A stretch of DNA of 64,000 bases from Candidatus Zixiibacteriota bacterium (GCA_037441845.1 JBBIRK010000005.1:160001-224000); one strand, 5' to 3'; shown: positions 28,429 to 41,140, counted from the first letter of the stretch. The notes: generated by a model not told the origin, from the sequence alone. Translations and numbers: made by a program.

Positions 28429-29745
28429 TCATTCCAGCCGGCTGCTTATAATTTCCGCCAGCTCCGAAATTTTATGCCTTGTTTGCGCCATGCTGTCACG
28501 CTCGCGCAGGGTGACGGTCTCATCTTGAAGCGATTGGCCGTCAACGGTTATACAATACGGCGTTCCGGCCTCATCCATTCGCCGATAGCGTCTGCCCACG
28601 GCGCCGGAGTCGTCATAAAACACTTTGAAACGCTTTTTAAGATCGTGGTAGATCTTTTGAGCCAGCTCCGGCATGCCATCGCGATTGACAAGAGGAAATA
28701 CGGCCGCCTTTATCGGAGCAATTTTGGGTGAAAGCGCAAGCGATACCCGAGTTTCACCTTTCACCTCTTCCTCGCGGTAGGCATCGGCAAGACAAACCAA
28801 GGTGGTGCGGTCGGCTCCAGCGGAGGTTTCTATAATATAGGGGATGAACCGCGTCTTGGTTTGATCATCATAATACGAAAGGTCTTTGCCTGAACTTTCC
28901 TTGTGGCGGCTCAAGTCGAAATCGGTGCGGTTGTGGATTCCTTCGATTTCTTTCCAGCCGAACGAAAATTCATATTCTATGTCGAACGCCTTCTTTGCAT
29001 AATGCGCAAGCTCTTCTCTAGTATGTTGATGCCATCGTAATTTCTGCGGCCTGATTCCGAGATCAAGATACCATTGCCAGCGTTGTTCACGCCAATAAGC
29101 GAACCACTTTTCGTCCTCAGCCGGATTTATGAAATACTGCATTTCCATCTGCTCGAACTCGCGGGTGCGGAAAATGAAATTCCCCGGGGTTATCTCATTT
29201 CGAAACGCTTTGCCTATCTGGGCGATTCCGAACGGTATTTTCTGCCTTGACGGCCCCTGGACATTCAGGAAATTGACATAAATGCCCTGGGCCGTTTCCG
29301 GACGTAGATAGACGACGGCCGCTTCATCCTCGACCGGCCCCATGAAGGTCTTGAACATCAGATTGAAATTGCGCGGCTCGGTCAATTCGCCGCCGCAGTC
29401 CGGGCATTTGTCGCCATCGATTTGATCGGCCCGGAATCGATGTTTACATTTTTTGCAGTCAACCAACGGGTCGGTGAACCCATCGACATGTCCCGAGGCT
29501 TTCCACACCTGGGGCGCCATAAGTATGGCCGCATCTATGCCTTCGATATCATCGCGGCGGTGAGTCATAGCCTCCCACCAGAATCGCTTGATATTGTTTT
29601 TCAGCTCCACCCCGAGTGGTCCGTAATCCCAACATGAACCCAGTCCACCGTATATTTCCGAGGATTGAAACACGAAACCGCGCCGCTTGCAAAGCGCCAC
29701 CAATTTATCCATCAACGGATCTACGTTATCTTTATTTTTCGCCAT
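28429..29745 (-). CDS. glyQS: Glycine--tRNA ligase (alpha2 homodimeric type)
   Basis: [44 protein letters not shown], anticodon-binding domain [13 protein letters not shown]. Confidence 0.96.
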   Translation of the reverse strand: MAKNKDNVDPLMDKLVALCKRRGFVFQSSEIYGGLGSCWDYGPLGVELKNNIKRFWWEAMTHRRDDIEGIDAAILMAPQVWKASGHVDGFTDPLVDCKKCKHRFRADQIDGDKCPDCGGELTEPRNFNLMFKTFMGPVEDEAAVVYLRPETAQGIYVNFLNVQGPSRQKIPFGIAQIGKAFRNEITPGNFIFRTREFEQMEMQYFINPAEDEKWFAYWREQRWQWYLDLGIRPQKLRWHQHTREELAHYAKKAFDIEYEFSFGWKEIEGIHNRTDFDLSRHKESSGKDLSYYDDQTKTRFIPYIIETSAGADRTTLVCLADAYREEEVKGETRVSLALSPKIAPIKAAVFPLVNRDGMPELAQKIYHDLKKRFKVFYDDSGAVGRRYRRMDEAGTPYCITVDGQSLQDETVTLRERDSMAQTRHKISELAEIISSRLE

Positions 29746-29766
29746 CGCTCCTCCGAGTTGAATTAC

Positions 29767-30525
29767 CTATAGCTGCGCCAAAAATCTAAGCGATTTAAGA
29801 TTAGGGCGCAATCCAATATGATAATCGGCGAATGAAAACAGAAACTGCTCACATTCCCGGCTGGTGTCGGCATCGAGTTTCATGTCGGTGATTTTTTCAA
29901 GAGGCAGACCGGCCATGGATTTCAATGCGGCCAGCGCCGCTGCCGATAAACGAGGCGCTTTTTCGTCTTTGGCAAGATCCTTAGTGCAAATTATACCACC
30001 GACTTTGGGTAAGTAATATGCCGATCGTCCCCGATTTTCCTTGCCGCATACCGAGCAGACGTTCAATTCGGGATTGTAACCCAGAATAGCCAGATATTTC
30101 AAAAAAAAGCAATAAAACAATATCTTCATGACCTCAGGCGGAGACTTGCCTGCAACTGATAAAAAATCAATCAGAAGTTCAAACAGCCCGGATATCGGCT
30201 GATTGATTTGAGTGCCCTTGTCGATTATTTCGCAAATCGCCGATGCATAGCCGAATTTTTCGGGTTCCGCGGCGATAAAGCCGTAATCGTGGATTGCATC
30301 ATAACCGGACAGCGTGCCTAATTCGCTGTTTTCGCGGGCATATATCTGGCAATCGATCAACGAGAAAAGCCCGGGCGGACCGCCACTTTTTTTTTGAAAT
30401 TTCTTTGCGCCTCGGGCGATGCATTTGATTTTGCCGGCCTGCGCGGAAAAAATTGTCAATATTCTTGAACTTTCCCCGGTGGAGAATGCGCGAATTACGA
30501 TTCCCCTGATCCAGAAGCGGGACAT
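29767..30525 (-). CDS. recO: DNA repair protein RecO
   Basis: GIVIR..GESSRILTIFS..GKI..IARGAKK OB-fold, LGYNPEL..CSVCG zinc finger. Confidence 0.9.
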   Translation of the reverse strand: MSRFWIRGIVIRAFSTGESSRILTIFSAQAGKIKCIARGAKKFQKKSGGPPGLFSLIDCQIYARENSELGTLSGYDAIHDYGFIAAEPEKFGYASAICEIIDKGTQINQPISGLFELLIDFLSVAGKSPPEVMKILFYCFFLKYLAILGYNPELNVCSVCGKENRGRSAYYLPKVGGIICTKDLAKDEKAPRLSAAALAALKSMAGLPLEKITDMKLDADTSRECEQFLFSFADYHIGLRPNLKSLRFLAQL

Positions 30526-30875
30526 CACTTGCTGGTGTCGGCGGTCGTCGTGAATTGTATGACTTTCACATCCGGCCGGGCGTAAACGAAATGTTCGGAG
30601 GCATAAAGACAGATATAACTCGAATCCGACTTCAATTTATCGATCTCCCACTGGCTGTCGATCGCCTGAACCTTGAGTCTCTTGATTTCCTGTTTGTAGG
30701 CCTTAATATCGGCCTTCAATCGATATATTTTTATCAGTCCGTAATCACCCCTGGCGAAAAGCACGATAAGAAATACGACCAGGGTGATAATCAGAGATTT
30801 CTTCAGAAGGCTCGGTGATTTTTTTTCCTTTACTTTTTGCGAGAAAGTCTTCGATACTCTAGGAAGTTCCCGCAT
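30525..30875 (-). CDS. ftsB: Septum formation initiator FtsB/DivIC family
   Basis: Single TM helix, GDYGL, coiled coil. Directly downstream of eno (conserved synteny). Confidence 0.75.
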   Translation of the reverse strand: MRELPRVSKTFSQKVKEKKSPSLLKKSLIITLVVFLIVLFARGDYGLIKIYRLKADIKAYKQEIKRLKVQAIDSQWEIDKLKSDSSYICLYASEHFVYARPDVKVIQFTTTADTSK

Positions 30876-30885
30876 TTCCCCTCCT

Positions 30886-32202
<1,317 letters not shown>

Positions 32203-32321
32203 TTAAACTCAAGTTTATCACAACGGTTTCGAGTGAGCAATTGTTTTTTGATTTTATCGGCCGCAATCAGGGATTATGAATCGATTATAGCCGATACCTC
32301 AAAATCTGAATTTCGGCTGCA

Positions 32322-34436
32322 TCAAGCCATCTGATTGAATTTGCGGATCGCCCATTCCGCCGAGAAAAACCCGATAATGACCAGCAATACGACAAGGCTT
32401 TCAATCGGTCGATATTCCTTATTCTCTTCGACCGTCCCGGTTTTCAGTTTCAGCTCGTTTCGAAATCCGGCAAAATCGTCTGCCGTATAACTTTTGCCGC
32501 CGGTTATCTCGGCGATTTTTCGCATAAGCGCCGGATTGCTCGAGGGGTTTTCCTGCTCGAGGGCCGTCGATTCCACCAGAAAAGCGCCGCCTTTTGCCGT
32601 AATCGTATCACCTTCATGCAAAGCCCGGGCGCTGAATTCATATTTTCCCGCCGCCGGCGGATTGAATAGACCACGGTATCGGCCGGCTTGGCGTTCAACC
32701 AGAATAATTTGCCTTTTTTGATTAGAGGAATCGGTTATTCCGATTTCTATTCTGCCGTTCTGAATCGGATCATAACTTTCGTCCAAAAGTTTCGCATCAA
32801 ACTCGGCCGCTTGTCCTAATTTCAATACGTTGTCATTCATCGTCACGGTAAATCTGTCCAAGTCCTCGCGTATTATCAGCCAGCGGACCAAATTCGCCCA
32901 AAAACGAATTATTCCGGTCCGGTCTTTTTCAATTCGAAACTGCCTTGGCCACCAGGGGTAACCCAGAATTACGGCGGTTTTTCCCACGCCGAATTGCCCG
33001 ACGACACACAAGGGATTTTGACGAATTCCGGCCGCTTCCGCTTCAAGTATCGTCTGCGAACCGGATCTCGGTTCGACCGGAGACACTATATCGCTTAAGG
33101 GGACCGCATGTTCCCAACGATAATCCCCTACCGATGTTATCGACTTCGCCAATGATCCGGCTGAAGGGACTGGGAAAAATTCCCCGTGAGTTACCGACGC
33201 CCTCTCCGATAGGACAATCGGTAAAAGCTCGCCCCAGTTTTGCAATACGCTCCGGTTGCTTCCGATTCCAGCGATATAAAGAAATCCGCGGCCTCCTTTG
33301 ACTGCGGTTTGGATATCACTCGATTTGACGCCAAGCAAACGCGGATCGATATCGATGACGATTATTAAATCGTAATTCGACCATTGATCTCCTGTGGGAA
33401 GATTCCTCCAGAACATTCCGGTCTTGCCCTCGGATAGGGCGACGTCGATTTTGAAATGACCGTCTTCTTCAAGGGCATTTTTCAAAAACGACAGTTCCCA
33501 GTTCAGTTTGGAGGCCACGATTATAATCGAAATTTTATCTTTAAGCACCTTAAGCAGGAAATTACGACTGTTGTTTTCCGGATTTCCGTCCCCCTCGAAT
33601 TGCGTGATGGATGCCCGGATATTTTTCAGCCCCGGTTCGGAAAATACCAGTTTGATTTTCGTCGAGGCGACAGCTCCATCGGCGGGCAATTTAACTTTCG
33701 TGGAGTGCAGAAGCGAACGCCCCTCGCTTATTTCGATCCATGCGCCTTCTCCTTCATGGCCGGAACCTCCGTAAAACACCTCCAACTCGAATTCAGTGTT
33801 GGAATATGCGACGGAAGGTGCGTCTATTCTGACTATCCGAGTGTCGTTGCGACTGATAACGCCTCCTATTACCAAAGAATAGATGGGAATGTCAGTTTCG
33901 CTTGCCGCCTGCAAAGGTTCCATGCCGACGTTTGCCGCGCCATCGCTTACAATCAGCATGGCCCCAACCCTTTCTTTATCAGGAAATCCTTGCAGAAGCA
34001 TGGCGCCCGCCAAATTTGTCGCCCTTCCTGAAAAAGCCGTCGAATCAGGCCAGGCATCCAAGGGCCGAAGCGTATCCGAGAAACCCAGCACTATATTATC
34101 TCGATCAGGGAAATTTTGGGAGCGCAACAATGAATCGGCCAATTCCCAGCGTTGAATCCCGGAATCTTTAATAGTCATGCTCGATGATAAATCGAGGACA
34201 AGCGCCAGCCGATCTCCGATTTTACTGCTTTCAGTCAAGGCGAGGATCGGTTCGCAAAGCAGAACCCCGATCGAAATCATTCCCGCCGCCCGGAGTGAAA
34301 ACAGAAGTATCACCAGTAAAGAGGGATATTGTTTGGACCATTTTCCGCGATAGCTGAACCAGGCAACCGCAAGAGCGGCAATGACAATCAATAGGTAGAT
34401 CAGAACTGGATTGAAACCAAGGCTCAACGATCGCAT
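32322..34436 (-). CDS. Membrane-anchored vWA-domain protein with Ig-like and GATase-like domains
   Basis: Two N-terminal TMs, DLSSSM MIDAS, T..SDG, DGNPENN, C-terminal TM with EWAIRK. Confidence 0.7.
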   Translation of the reverse strand: MRSLSLGFNPVLIYLLIVIAALAVAWFSYRGKWSKQYPSLLVILLFSLRAAGMISIGVLLCEPILALTESSKIGDRLALVLDLSSSMTIKDSGIQRWELADSLLRSQNFPDRDNIVLGFSDTLRPLDAWPDSTAFSGRATNLAGAMLLQGFPDKERVGAMLIVSDGAANVGMEPLQAASETDIPIYSLVIGGVISRNDTRIVRIDAPSVAYSNTEFELEVFYGGSGHEGEGAWIEISEGRSLLHSTKVKLPADGAVASTKIKLVFSEPGLKNIRASITQFEGDGNPENNSRNFLLKVLKDKISIIIVASKLNWELSFLKNALEEDGHFKIDVALSEGKTGMFWRNLPTGDQWSNYDLIIVIDIDPRLLGVKSSDIQTAVKGGRGFLYIAGIGSNRSVLQNWGELLPIVLSERASVTHGEFFPVPSAGSLAKSITSVGDYRWEHAVPLSDIVSPVEPRSGSQTILEAEAAGIRQNPLCVVGQFGVGKTAVILGYPWWPRQFRIEKDRTGIIRFWANLVRWLIIREDLDRFTVTMNDNVLKLGQAAEFDAKLLDESYDPIQNGRIEIGITDSSNQKRQIILVERQAGRYRGLFNPPAAGKYEFSARALHEGDTITAKGGAFLVESTALEQENPSSNPALMRKIAEITGGKSYTADDFAGFRNELKLKTGTVEENKEYRPIESLVVLLVIIGFFSAEWAIRKFNQMA

Positions 34437-34606
34437 TCAATATCCTCGATTCGGCCGGTGAAGCGGCCCGACACAAATATCTTATAGCCCCGCAAATACG
34501 TAACCGTTCCTCAGCTCGGCGATGAATTTCCGGGAAATCATCGTAACCGTTCGATCCTGAATGAGGCCATGACTCATTTTTTATGGGGTATTAGCCGCCG
34601 GAACTC

Positions 34607-35617
34607 TTACATATCGCGCATCACCGCAAAATCGGCCAGCGCGCAAAGATTAGCTTGATACTCGAGCCCCGGAACAGACATTATCGATTCTTTGGCCATT
34701 CGGGAATAATCGCGGGCTATTTTGTCGGCGTAATCGATTCCGCCTTGGTCCTGGATAAACTTAACCAAATTCAGAAACTCCTCGGGGTCGAAGCCATTGG
34801 TGTGAAGTTTAATCAGTCTGTCCTTCTGCGATCGTCCGCCGTTTTGCAAAGCGTGAATCAACGGCAGCGTAACCCAGCCTTCCCGGATATCCGAACCAAG
34901 TTGTTTGCCGGTTTTGGTCGATTCACCGACGAGATCGAGTATATCATCGGTTATTTGAAAGGCAATGCCCAGATATTCGCCGAAATTCTTCATCGCCTGC
35001 AGATATCGTTTGTCGCCGTCGGCGCAGATCATGCCGGCCTCCGCCGCACAGCTCATCAAAGAGGCCGTTTTATCGGAAATCACTTTAAGATATTCATCTT
35101 CGTTGAGATCGAAATTGCCGGTATAATAAACTTGATTCAATTCGCCTTTGGCCACGCGCTCGGTGGCCCGGGAGAAACTGCTCAACAACTCCGGCACTCC
35201 CGCCTGCACCAGCAGCGAAAACGATTTGGCGAAAAGATAATCGCCCATCAATACCGAAACCAAATTGCTCCAACGGGCGTTGACCGTCTGCTGGCCTCGG
35301 CGTTTGTCCGATTGGTCGATGACATCGTCATGCAGCAACGTCGCCACATGAATCAACTCTATTGCAACTCCGGCGAGAATCACCGCTTGACTGTTAGCAT
35401 TACCGGCGGAAAGAAATAGCAATCCCGGCCTGAGTCTCTTACCGGTTTTGGCGAATAAGTGGCGCGTTATTTCATAGATGAAAACCGAATCGGTGGCAAG
35501 GGTCTTCTGAAGCAGTAATTCATAATCGTTTAACTGGGATGATATTGGGGATAGAATTTCCTCGATTTCGCATTTCATATTCGATTGCAAGATATCGACC
35601 GCTATGGTTGAAGTCAA
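34607..35617 (-). CDS. Polyprenyl diphosphate synthase (HepT/IspB-like)
   Basis: GKRLRP, HDDVID..RRG (FARM), KTASL, FQITDDILD (SARM). Confidence 0.93.
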   Translation of the reverse strand: MTSTIAVDILQSNMKCEIEEILSPISSQLNDYELLLQKTLATDSVFIYEITRHLFAKTGKRLRPGLLFLSAGNANSQAVILAGVAIELIHVATLLHDDVIDQSDKRRGQQTVNARWSNLVSVLMGDYLFAKSFSLLVQAGVPELLSSFSRATERVAKGELNQVYYTGNFDLNEDEYLKVISDKTASLMSCAAEAGMICADGDKRYLQAMKNFGEYLGIAFQITDDILDLVGESTKTGKQLGSDIREGWVTLPLIHALQNGGRSQKDRLIKLHTNGFDPEEFLNLVKFIQDQGGIDYADKIARDYSRMAKESIMSVPGLEYQANLCALADFAVMRDM

Positions 35618-35626
35618 CCATAAATA

Positions 35627-36382
35627 TCAGCCGACAAGAACCGCTCCACCGTTTACGTTCAATATTTCCCCGGTGATAAAAGTCGCGCCGGCCGAAGCCA
35701 AAAACAAAATCGGCCAGGCGATTTCCTCGGCGCGGGCCGCCCGTCCGAGAGGAATGAGGGACAGATACTTACCCGCATCTTTGGAGGTCAACGCTTCATG
35801 GCTCATATCGGTATCCACCCAGCCGGGAGCCACACAATTCACCAAGATGCCGTCGTTTGCCAGTTCCACCGCCAACGATTTGGTGAGCGATATCAACGCC
35901 CCTTTGGAAGCGGCATAATGGGAATGGTAGGCTTCGCCACGTTGACCGGCGGTCGAGGATACGAATATTATTTTGCCCGATTTGCGCTTTTTCATATGCG
36001 ACACTGCGGCTATGGTGGTATAAAAACAACCTTTCAAATTGCAATTAAGAGTTTTTTCCAGCTGATCCGGGGTCATCTTATCGATAGCCGCCTCTTCCCA
36101 TATTCCGGCATTATTGACCAGCACATCGATACGGCCGAACCGCCCGAGCACCTCTTCGACTAAATTTCTCGATTGATCCGGCGAGCCGACATCAGCCTTG
36201 AAAATTTCGGCGGCGCTTCCCGCAGCCCTTATCTTTTCAGCCACATTTTCGGCCGCCAAGCGATTTTGGTTAAAGTTGACCGCCACCGTGGCGCCGGCCC
36301 GACCGAATAAGATCGCCGCGGCGGCTCCTATTCCTCTCGATGCCCCGGTGATCAGCACCACCGTATCCCGGAAATCATACAT
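35627..36382 (-). CDS. SDR family oxidoreductase (FabG-like)
   Basis: TGASRGIG, NNAG, YAASK, VAPGWVDTDM, ITGEILNVNGG. Confidence 0.88.
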   Translation of the reverse strand: MYDFRDTVVLITGASRGIGAAAAILFGRAGATVAVNFNQNRLAAENVAEKIRAAGSAAEIFKADVGSPDQSRNLVEEVLGRFGRIDVLVNNAGIWEEAAIDKMTPDQLEKTLNCNLKGCFYTTIAAVSHMKKRKSGKIIFVSSTAGQRGEAYHSHYAASKGALISLTKSLAVELANDGILVNCVAPGWVDTDMSHEALTSKDAGKYLSLIPLGRAARAEEIAWPILFLASAGATFITGEILNVNGGAVLVG

Positions 36383-36486
36383 ATGGGCTCCTCATGAATC
36401 GGATTTCTTTATCGAGTCGTTTCGAATCGGCCGCTTCCCGATATACTCTCTAAAACACGGCCTTGCTCATAAAAACCGGGGTAACA

Positions 36487-36512
36487 GGGAGGCGCATTGG
36501 AGTGCGCCTCCC
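36487..36512 (-). terminator. GC-rich hairpin after icd (probable terminator)
   Basis: GGGAGGCGCA-N6-TGCGCCTCCC perfect 10-bp stem just after the icd stop. The U-tract is weak. Confidence 0.55.
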
Positions 36513-36519
36513 AGCACGA

Positions 36520-37761
36520 TCAAAGGTTTTCGATAATATGTGTGGCGAATTGCGATGTCGATACCTTGGTTGCGCCCGGCATCAGCCGTTCGAGGTCGTA
36601 GGTAACCGTTTTCTGCATGATCGTTTTTTCGAGAGAGTCCTCGATCGCTTTTGCCGCTTCTTTCCAGCCGAGGTATTCGAGCATCATGACCGCGGACAAA
36701 ATAAGGGAACCGGGGTTGACCATATCCTTGTCGGCGTATTTCGGAGCGGTGCCGTGAGTGGCTTCGAACAGAGCCACGAAATCACCGATATTCGCACCGG
36801 GGGCCATTCCCAGGCCTCCGACTTGCGCCGCGCAGGCATCCGAAAGATAATCGCCGTTCAGATTGGGCGTGGCCAGCACATCGTACTCGTCGGGCCGCAA
36901 TAAAATTTGTTGGAACATCGAGTCGGCGATTCTGTCTTTGATTATGACTTTCCCTTCCGGAGCCTGTCCGCCGTGCTTTTCAAAGACCTCCGCTTCGGTG
37001 ATCGTTTGATCCGGAAATTCTTTGGCGGCGAGCTTGTATCCCCAATCGCGGAACGCCCCCTCGGTATATTTCATGATGTTGCCCTTGTGGACAAGAGTCA
37101 CCGAACGACGGTTATTGGCGATAGCGTAGTTTATCGCTTTCCGGACAAGCCGGCTCGTGCCGGTCATAGAAATCGGTTTCACGCCGATACCGGAGTCACT
37201 GCGCAACTTCACCTTCATCTTGGTTGTCAAGAAGGTGATGATCTTTTTGGCCTCGGCGCTCCCTTTGGGCCATTCGATCCCGGCATAAACGTCCTCCGTG
37301 TTCTCGCGGAAAATGACTACGTTGAGTTTTTCCGGATTTTTCACCGGCGAGGGGACACCGCTGAAATAGCGGACCGGCCTAACGCAGGCATAGAGGTTGA
37401 GAACCTGTCTTAAGGTAACGTTCAACGATCTGAATCCGCCGCCGACCGGCGTGGTAAGCGGTCCTTTGAGAGCGACCACGAATTCTTTGATCGCCTTCAG
37501 CGTATCCGGGGGCAGGATATCGCCATAGATGGCAAGCGCCTTTTCGCCGGCGTGAACGTCGAACCAGGCGATCCGTTTCTTGCCCGAATAGTATTTTTCG
37601 ACTGCAGCATCGACCACCCTTCGAGTGGCCTTCATGATATCTCTGCCGATTCCGTCTCCCTCGATAACGGGAATGATTGGATCATCCGGCACGATCATCT
37701 TTTCTTTGACTACCTTAATAGGTGTGCCGGGCGGGACTACCACTTTCTTGTACTTTGCCAT
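36520..37761 (-). CDS. icd: Isocitrate dehydrogenase (NADP, E. coli-type dimeric)
   Basis: [52 protein letters not shown]. Confidence 0.97.
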   Translation of the reverse strand: MAKYKKVVVPPGTPIKVVKEKMIVPDDPIIPVIEGDGIGRDIMKATRRVVDAAVEKYYSGKKRIAWFDVHAGEKALAIYGDILPPDTLKAIKEFVVALKGPLTTPVGGGFRSLNVTLRQVLNLYACVRPVRYFSGVPSPVKNPEKLNVVIFRENTEDVYAGIEWPKGSAEAKKIITFLTTKMKVKLRSDSGIGVKPISMTGTSRLVRKAINYAIANNRRSVTLVHKGNIMKYTEGAFRDWGYKLAAKEFPDQTITEAEVFEKHGGQAPEGKVIIKDRIADSMFQQILLRPDEYDVLATPNLNGDYLSDACAAQVGGLGMAPGANIGDFVALFEATHGTAPKYADKDMVNPGSLILSAVMMLEYLGWKEAAKAIEDSLEKTIMQKTVTYDLERLMPGATKVSTSQFATHIIENL

Positions 37762-37775
37762 GATTACTCCACTAT

Positions 37776-38423
37776 TTAACCTTTTATCAGCTTGATATCC
37801 CCGATCAGCGTCCGGGCGGTGATAGACAATTTTGAGTTAGCCTGCGGAAAGTCGTCATCGATATGTCGCAAGCGTGGAAAGAAACCATCGACTACTTTGC
37901 CCGCACAGGCGACCGATCCCGCCAAGCAACTTAACTCGACCGAGACCGGGCAATCGGCGGGTATCAGGAAATCTATGTCCCCGATCAACACCGAGGCGAT
38001 AATTCGCTGTTCGCCCGGATTCATTCTCGAATTGCGCAAATCGATCACGATATCGCCTACCAAAAGCGACTTATCGAGCGGGCCAGAAAAATTCTCCAAT
38101 CCGGCGACCCGAATATCGCCGAACGCCCCCAAAAATACCGAGTCGGTATTTATCGATTGGTCGTCGGAAAAAACCGATTGATCGGTCGGGCCCGATTTTA
38201 TTGCCCTGCCGGGCGAAAAAATTATCCAAACGCCGATCAACACCAGAATCAACGGCCAAAAAGTGCGGAACAATATGCCTAAACTAATATCGATAAGAGC
38301 CAGCGAATCGAGCAACAGCAGGACCCCGATCAGAACGATTATCGATCCGCCGATTAGATCGCGTTTCATCCGACCGATTCCGGTTTCGAAATCCGCATAT
38401 CTTTCAAGCCGTATTCCTGTCAT
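37776..38423 (-). CDS. LiaF-like membrane protein (N-terminal TM hairpin plus C-terminal beta domain)
   Basis: [13 protein letters not shown]...[10 protein letters not shown], repeated (I/F)GDI motifs. Confidence 0.7.
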   Translation of the reverse strand: MTGIRLERYADFETGIGRMKRDLIGGSIIVLIGVLLLLDSLALIDISLGILFRTFWPLILVLIGVWIIFSPGRAIKSGPTDQSVFSDDQSINTDSVFLGAFGDIRVAGLENFSGPLDKSLLVGDIVIDLRNSRMNPGEQRIIASVLIGDIDFLIPADCPVSVELSCLAGSVACAGKVVDGFFPRLRHIDDDFPQANSKLSITARTLIGDIKLIKG

Positions 38424-38447
38424 GAGAATCGACTCGGGGGATCACAC

Positions 38448-39374
38448 TCAATAACCGAGCACTTTCAACATGTCTTTGTAGACGGCGCCGGATTTCTGCA
38501 ACGCACCCAGATCGTCTTTGGACAGCTTTAGTTCGATCACCTTCTCGATCCCGTTGGCGCCCATGATCACGGGCACGCCGATATACATGTCATTTAGACC
38601 ATACTGGCCGTTGACATAGGCGGATGCCGGCACCAGTCGTTTCCTATCGGTCAATACGGCATCGACCATGTCCACCGTAGCTGCGGCCGGAGCATAAAAC
38701 GCCGAACCGGTTTTGAGTAATTTGACGATTTCCCCTCCGCCGTCGCGAGTCCGATCGGATATCGCCTTGATCCTGTCAGGCGGAATCAGTTCGGTGATCG
38801 GGATTCCGGCGACCGTGGTATAAGACGGCAGAGGAACCATCGTATCCCCGTGGCCGCCCAAAACCATAGCCTGCACGTCAGTCGGGGAAACGCCGAGTTC
38901 CCAACCGACGAATGTTCTGAATCTTATCGAATCGAGAATTCCCGCCTGGCCGAAAACTCTATTATGAGAAAAGCCGGTCTTTTTCCAAGCATGGAATGTC
39001 ATGATATCAAGCGGATTGGTTACGATAAGCACGAATGCCTTGGGCGCGTATTTTTTTATATTCTCGGCTACCGGCCCCACGATTTCCGCGTTTTTGTTGA
39101 TCAGATCCTCACGGGTCATGCCCGGTTTGCGGGGAAATCCGGCGGTCACCACCACCATATCCGAATCGGCCATGGCGCTCATGTCGTCGGTCCCCTCGAT
39201 TTTAAGGTCATAGTTCAAAAGGGGGCCTGCCTGGGACAGATCGAGCGCTTTACCTTTCGGCATATCGGGGACCACGTCGATCAGCACTATATCGCATATG
39301 TTCCGCTGAGCCAGATACATCGCCGTCGATGCCCCTACATTACCGGCACCGACAATACTTACTTTCTTTCTCAT
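38448..39374 (-). CDS. mdh: LDH-like malate dehydrogenase
   Basis: GAGNVG, TAGFPRKPGMTREDL (malate-specific Arg), VTNPLD, LGGHGDTM, SAFYAPAA. Confidence 0.95.
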   Translation of the reverse strand: MRKKVSIVGAGNVGASTAMYLAQRNICDIVLIDVVPDMPKGKALDLSQAGPLLNYDLKIEGTDDMSAMADSDMVVVTAGFPRKPGMTREDLINKNAEIVGPVAENIKKYAPKAFVLIVTNPLDIMTFHAWKKTGFSHNRVFGQAGILDSIRFRTFVGWELGVSPTDVQAMVLGGHGDTMVPLPSYTTVAGIPITELIPPDRIKAISDRTRDGGGEIVKLLKTGSAFYAPAAATVDMVDAVLTDRKRLVPASAYVNGQYGLNDMYIGVPVIMGANGIEKVIELKLSKDDLGALQKSGAVYKDMLKVLGY

Positions 39375-39512
39375 TCCAATCTCCTTCTTTACGAACATTC
39401 ACCCACGAGCTATTTGTATTTTCTTTTTTTGATCAGTACTTATGAGCGCATAAAATTTCCGTATCCACGCGGCCGGATCAGTGATTCAATCCATTTCTTA
39501 ACACAATCCGAT

Positions 39513-40739
39513 TTAACCGCTTGCGACCATGGGCACGGAATACCCGGCATCCTCCACGACGGCAACCTCGGCGTCTTGCCCCACGATTTCGTAAGCCTGG
39601 GCAAGGGCGACCGCCAAGTCGTTATATGGCTCAAAATATACCTTCGCAGGAATAGACCAGTCAAGCTCGGTGACATAAAAAATGCGGAAGTGTCTTAATT
39701 GTCTTGCGGTTTTGATCAATTTATGCATCCCGAAAGAATCGTCATTGATTCCTTTTTCGAGAGCGGCTTCCGGAGTCGGGTATTTTTCGGCCAGCTTGAT
39801 AAAGTATTCCGAACCGACGCCGCCGAGACATGCCCCCATTACGATCAGAACCCCGCCATCCTCCGTAATCAAACCGCCATTATCTTGAGCTTTCTGCAAT
39901 TGATACAAATTCTCATCGAGCGGAGCTTCGCAACAGGCGATCACGATCTTATATTTGCGCGGAACCTTTATAGTGTACAATTTTTCCGCCTTCGTGCATG
40001 CCTGTTTGAAAGCGGTTCTGAGCTCACCGGCGTATAAATCCACAATTTCGCCGTTGCGATCGGTGATGCATTGAATCCCATATATCTCACGGATTTTAAG
40101 CAGGTCGATCGCCTCTTCGAGATCATTGTGGAGCGGGTTATCTTCAAGCCTCAGGACGGCGGCCCGAGGATTTTTGGCAAGGCGATGGTTTGCCATTATG
40201 GTTGCGATTGATGCAAGTCCCGGGATTATGGATTTGCGGCCTCCGGTGAATCCCGCGAAAAAGTGGGGCTCGACCGAGTTCACAGCCAAAATCAAATCCG
40301 ATTCCATTACAGCCCGATTTATCATAACCGGCGTTTTCCTCGATGTCGTACCGATATCAACAATCGCAGAATCATCGAAGCCGTTATGGACGAGTATTCG
40401 ATCTTCAAGTTCGGTGAATGCCGCCCCGAAAATTTTCATCAGTCCGGCCCTATCGGGCGGTTTATGACTTCCGGTGGCCACCGCGAATCGAGCCTCAGGA
40501 AATTTCGTCCGCAAAAACGGCAGGAAAGAGTTCAGAGGCGTACGGCGGAATGTATCATTGACGATAACAAGGGTTTTTGCCGAAGAATAATTTTTGGAGA
40601 TATCGGACAGCGCACTTTCCAAACGCCGATTGATTTCCGAATCGGCAAGGGCGGCGGGAAACGAGCATCGAAATCTGCCACCAAGTTTCGCGATATTCGC
40701 CGATTGCAGCCGCCCCCCGTATGGCAATAAAATTTCCAT
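39513..40739 (-). CDS. larA: LarA-family nickel-pincer alpha-hydroxyacid racemase
   Basis: VNDTFR, ATGSH, EPHFFAGFTGGRKSIIPG, ANH, NLYQLQKA. These match the LarA catalytic and cofactor-binding residues. Confidence 0.85.
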   Translation of the reverse strand: MEILLPYGGRLQSANIAKLGGRFRCSFPAALADSEINRRLESALSDISKNYSSAKTLVIVNDTFRRTPLNSFLPFLRTKFPEARFAVATGSHKPPDRAGLMKIFGAAFTELEDRILVHNGFDDSAIVDIGTTSRKTPVMINRAVMESDLILAVNSVEPHFFAGFTGGRKSIIPGLASIATIMANHRLAKNPRAAVLRLEDNPLHNDLEEAIDLLKIREIYGIQCITDRNGEIVDLYAGELRTAFKQACTKAEKLYTIKVPRKYKIVIACCEAPLDENLYQLQKAQDNGGLITEDGGVLIVMGACLGGVGSEYFIKLAEKYPTPEAALEKGINDDSFGMHKLIKTARQLRHFRIFYVTELDWSIPAKVYFEPYNDLAVALAQAYEIVGQDAEVAVVEDAGYSVPMVASG

Positions 40740-41140
40740 CAGCCGAAAAAGAAGCTGATTTCGATTTCGGCGTTTTGCGGGGAATCGGAAGCGTGCACCG
40801 AATTTTTGGTCAAGCTGACTCCGAGGTCGTGCCTTATCGTGCCGGGGAATGCCTTGGCGGGATCGGTGGCTCCGATCAGTTGACGGACTTTTTCGTATGT
40901 CTCACCTTCGGACTTGATCACCATGGGCACGATCGGCCCCGATGACATATAGCGGCATAATTCATCGAGAAACGGCTTCCCCTCGTGAACCGCGTAGAAT
41001 CTGCGGGCTTCGGCATAATCGAGTTTGACCATTTTTATGGCGGCGATTATTAATCTCGCCTTTTCCAAACGGGATATGATTTCACCGATAAGATTCCGCT
41101 CGACCGCATCGGGTTTGATAATCAGCAGCGTTCTTCCCAT
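40739..41140 (-). CDS. ndk: Nucleoside diphosphate kinase
   Basis: RTLLIIKPDAV, FY..H.GKPF, GATDP..A.PGTIR, NSVHASDS. ATG at 41140 (TAATG coupling). Confidence 0.96.
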   Translation of the reverse strand: MGRTLLIIKPDAVERNLIGEIISRLEKARLIIAAIKMVKLDYAEARRFYAVHEGKPFLDELCRYMSSGPIVPMVIKSEGETYEKVRQLIGATDPAKAFPGTIRHDLGVSLTKNSVHASDSPQNAEIEISFFFG

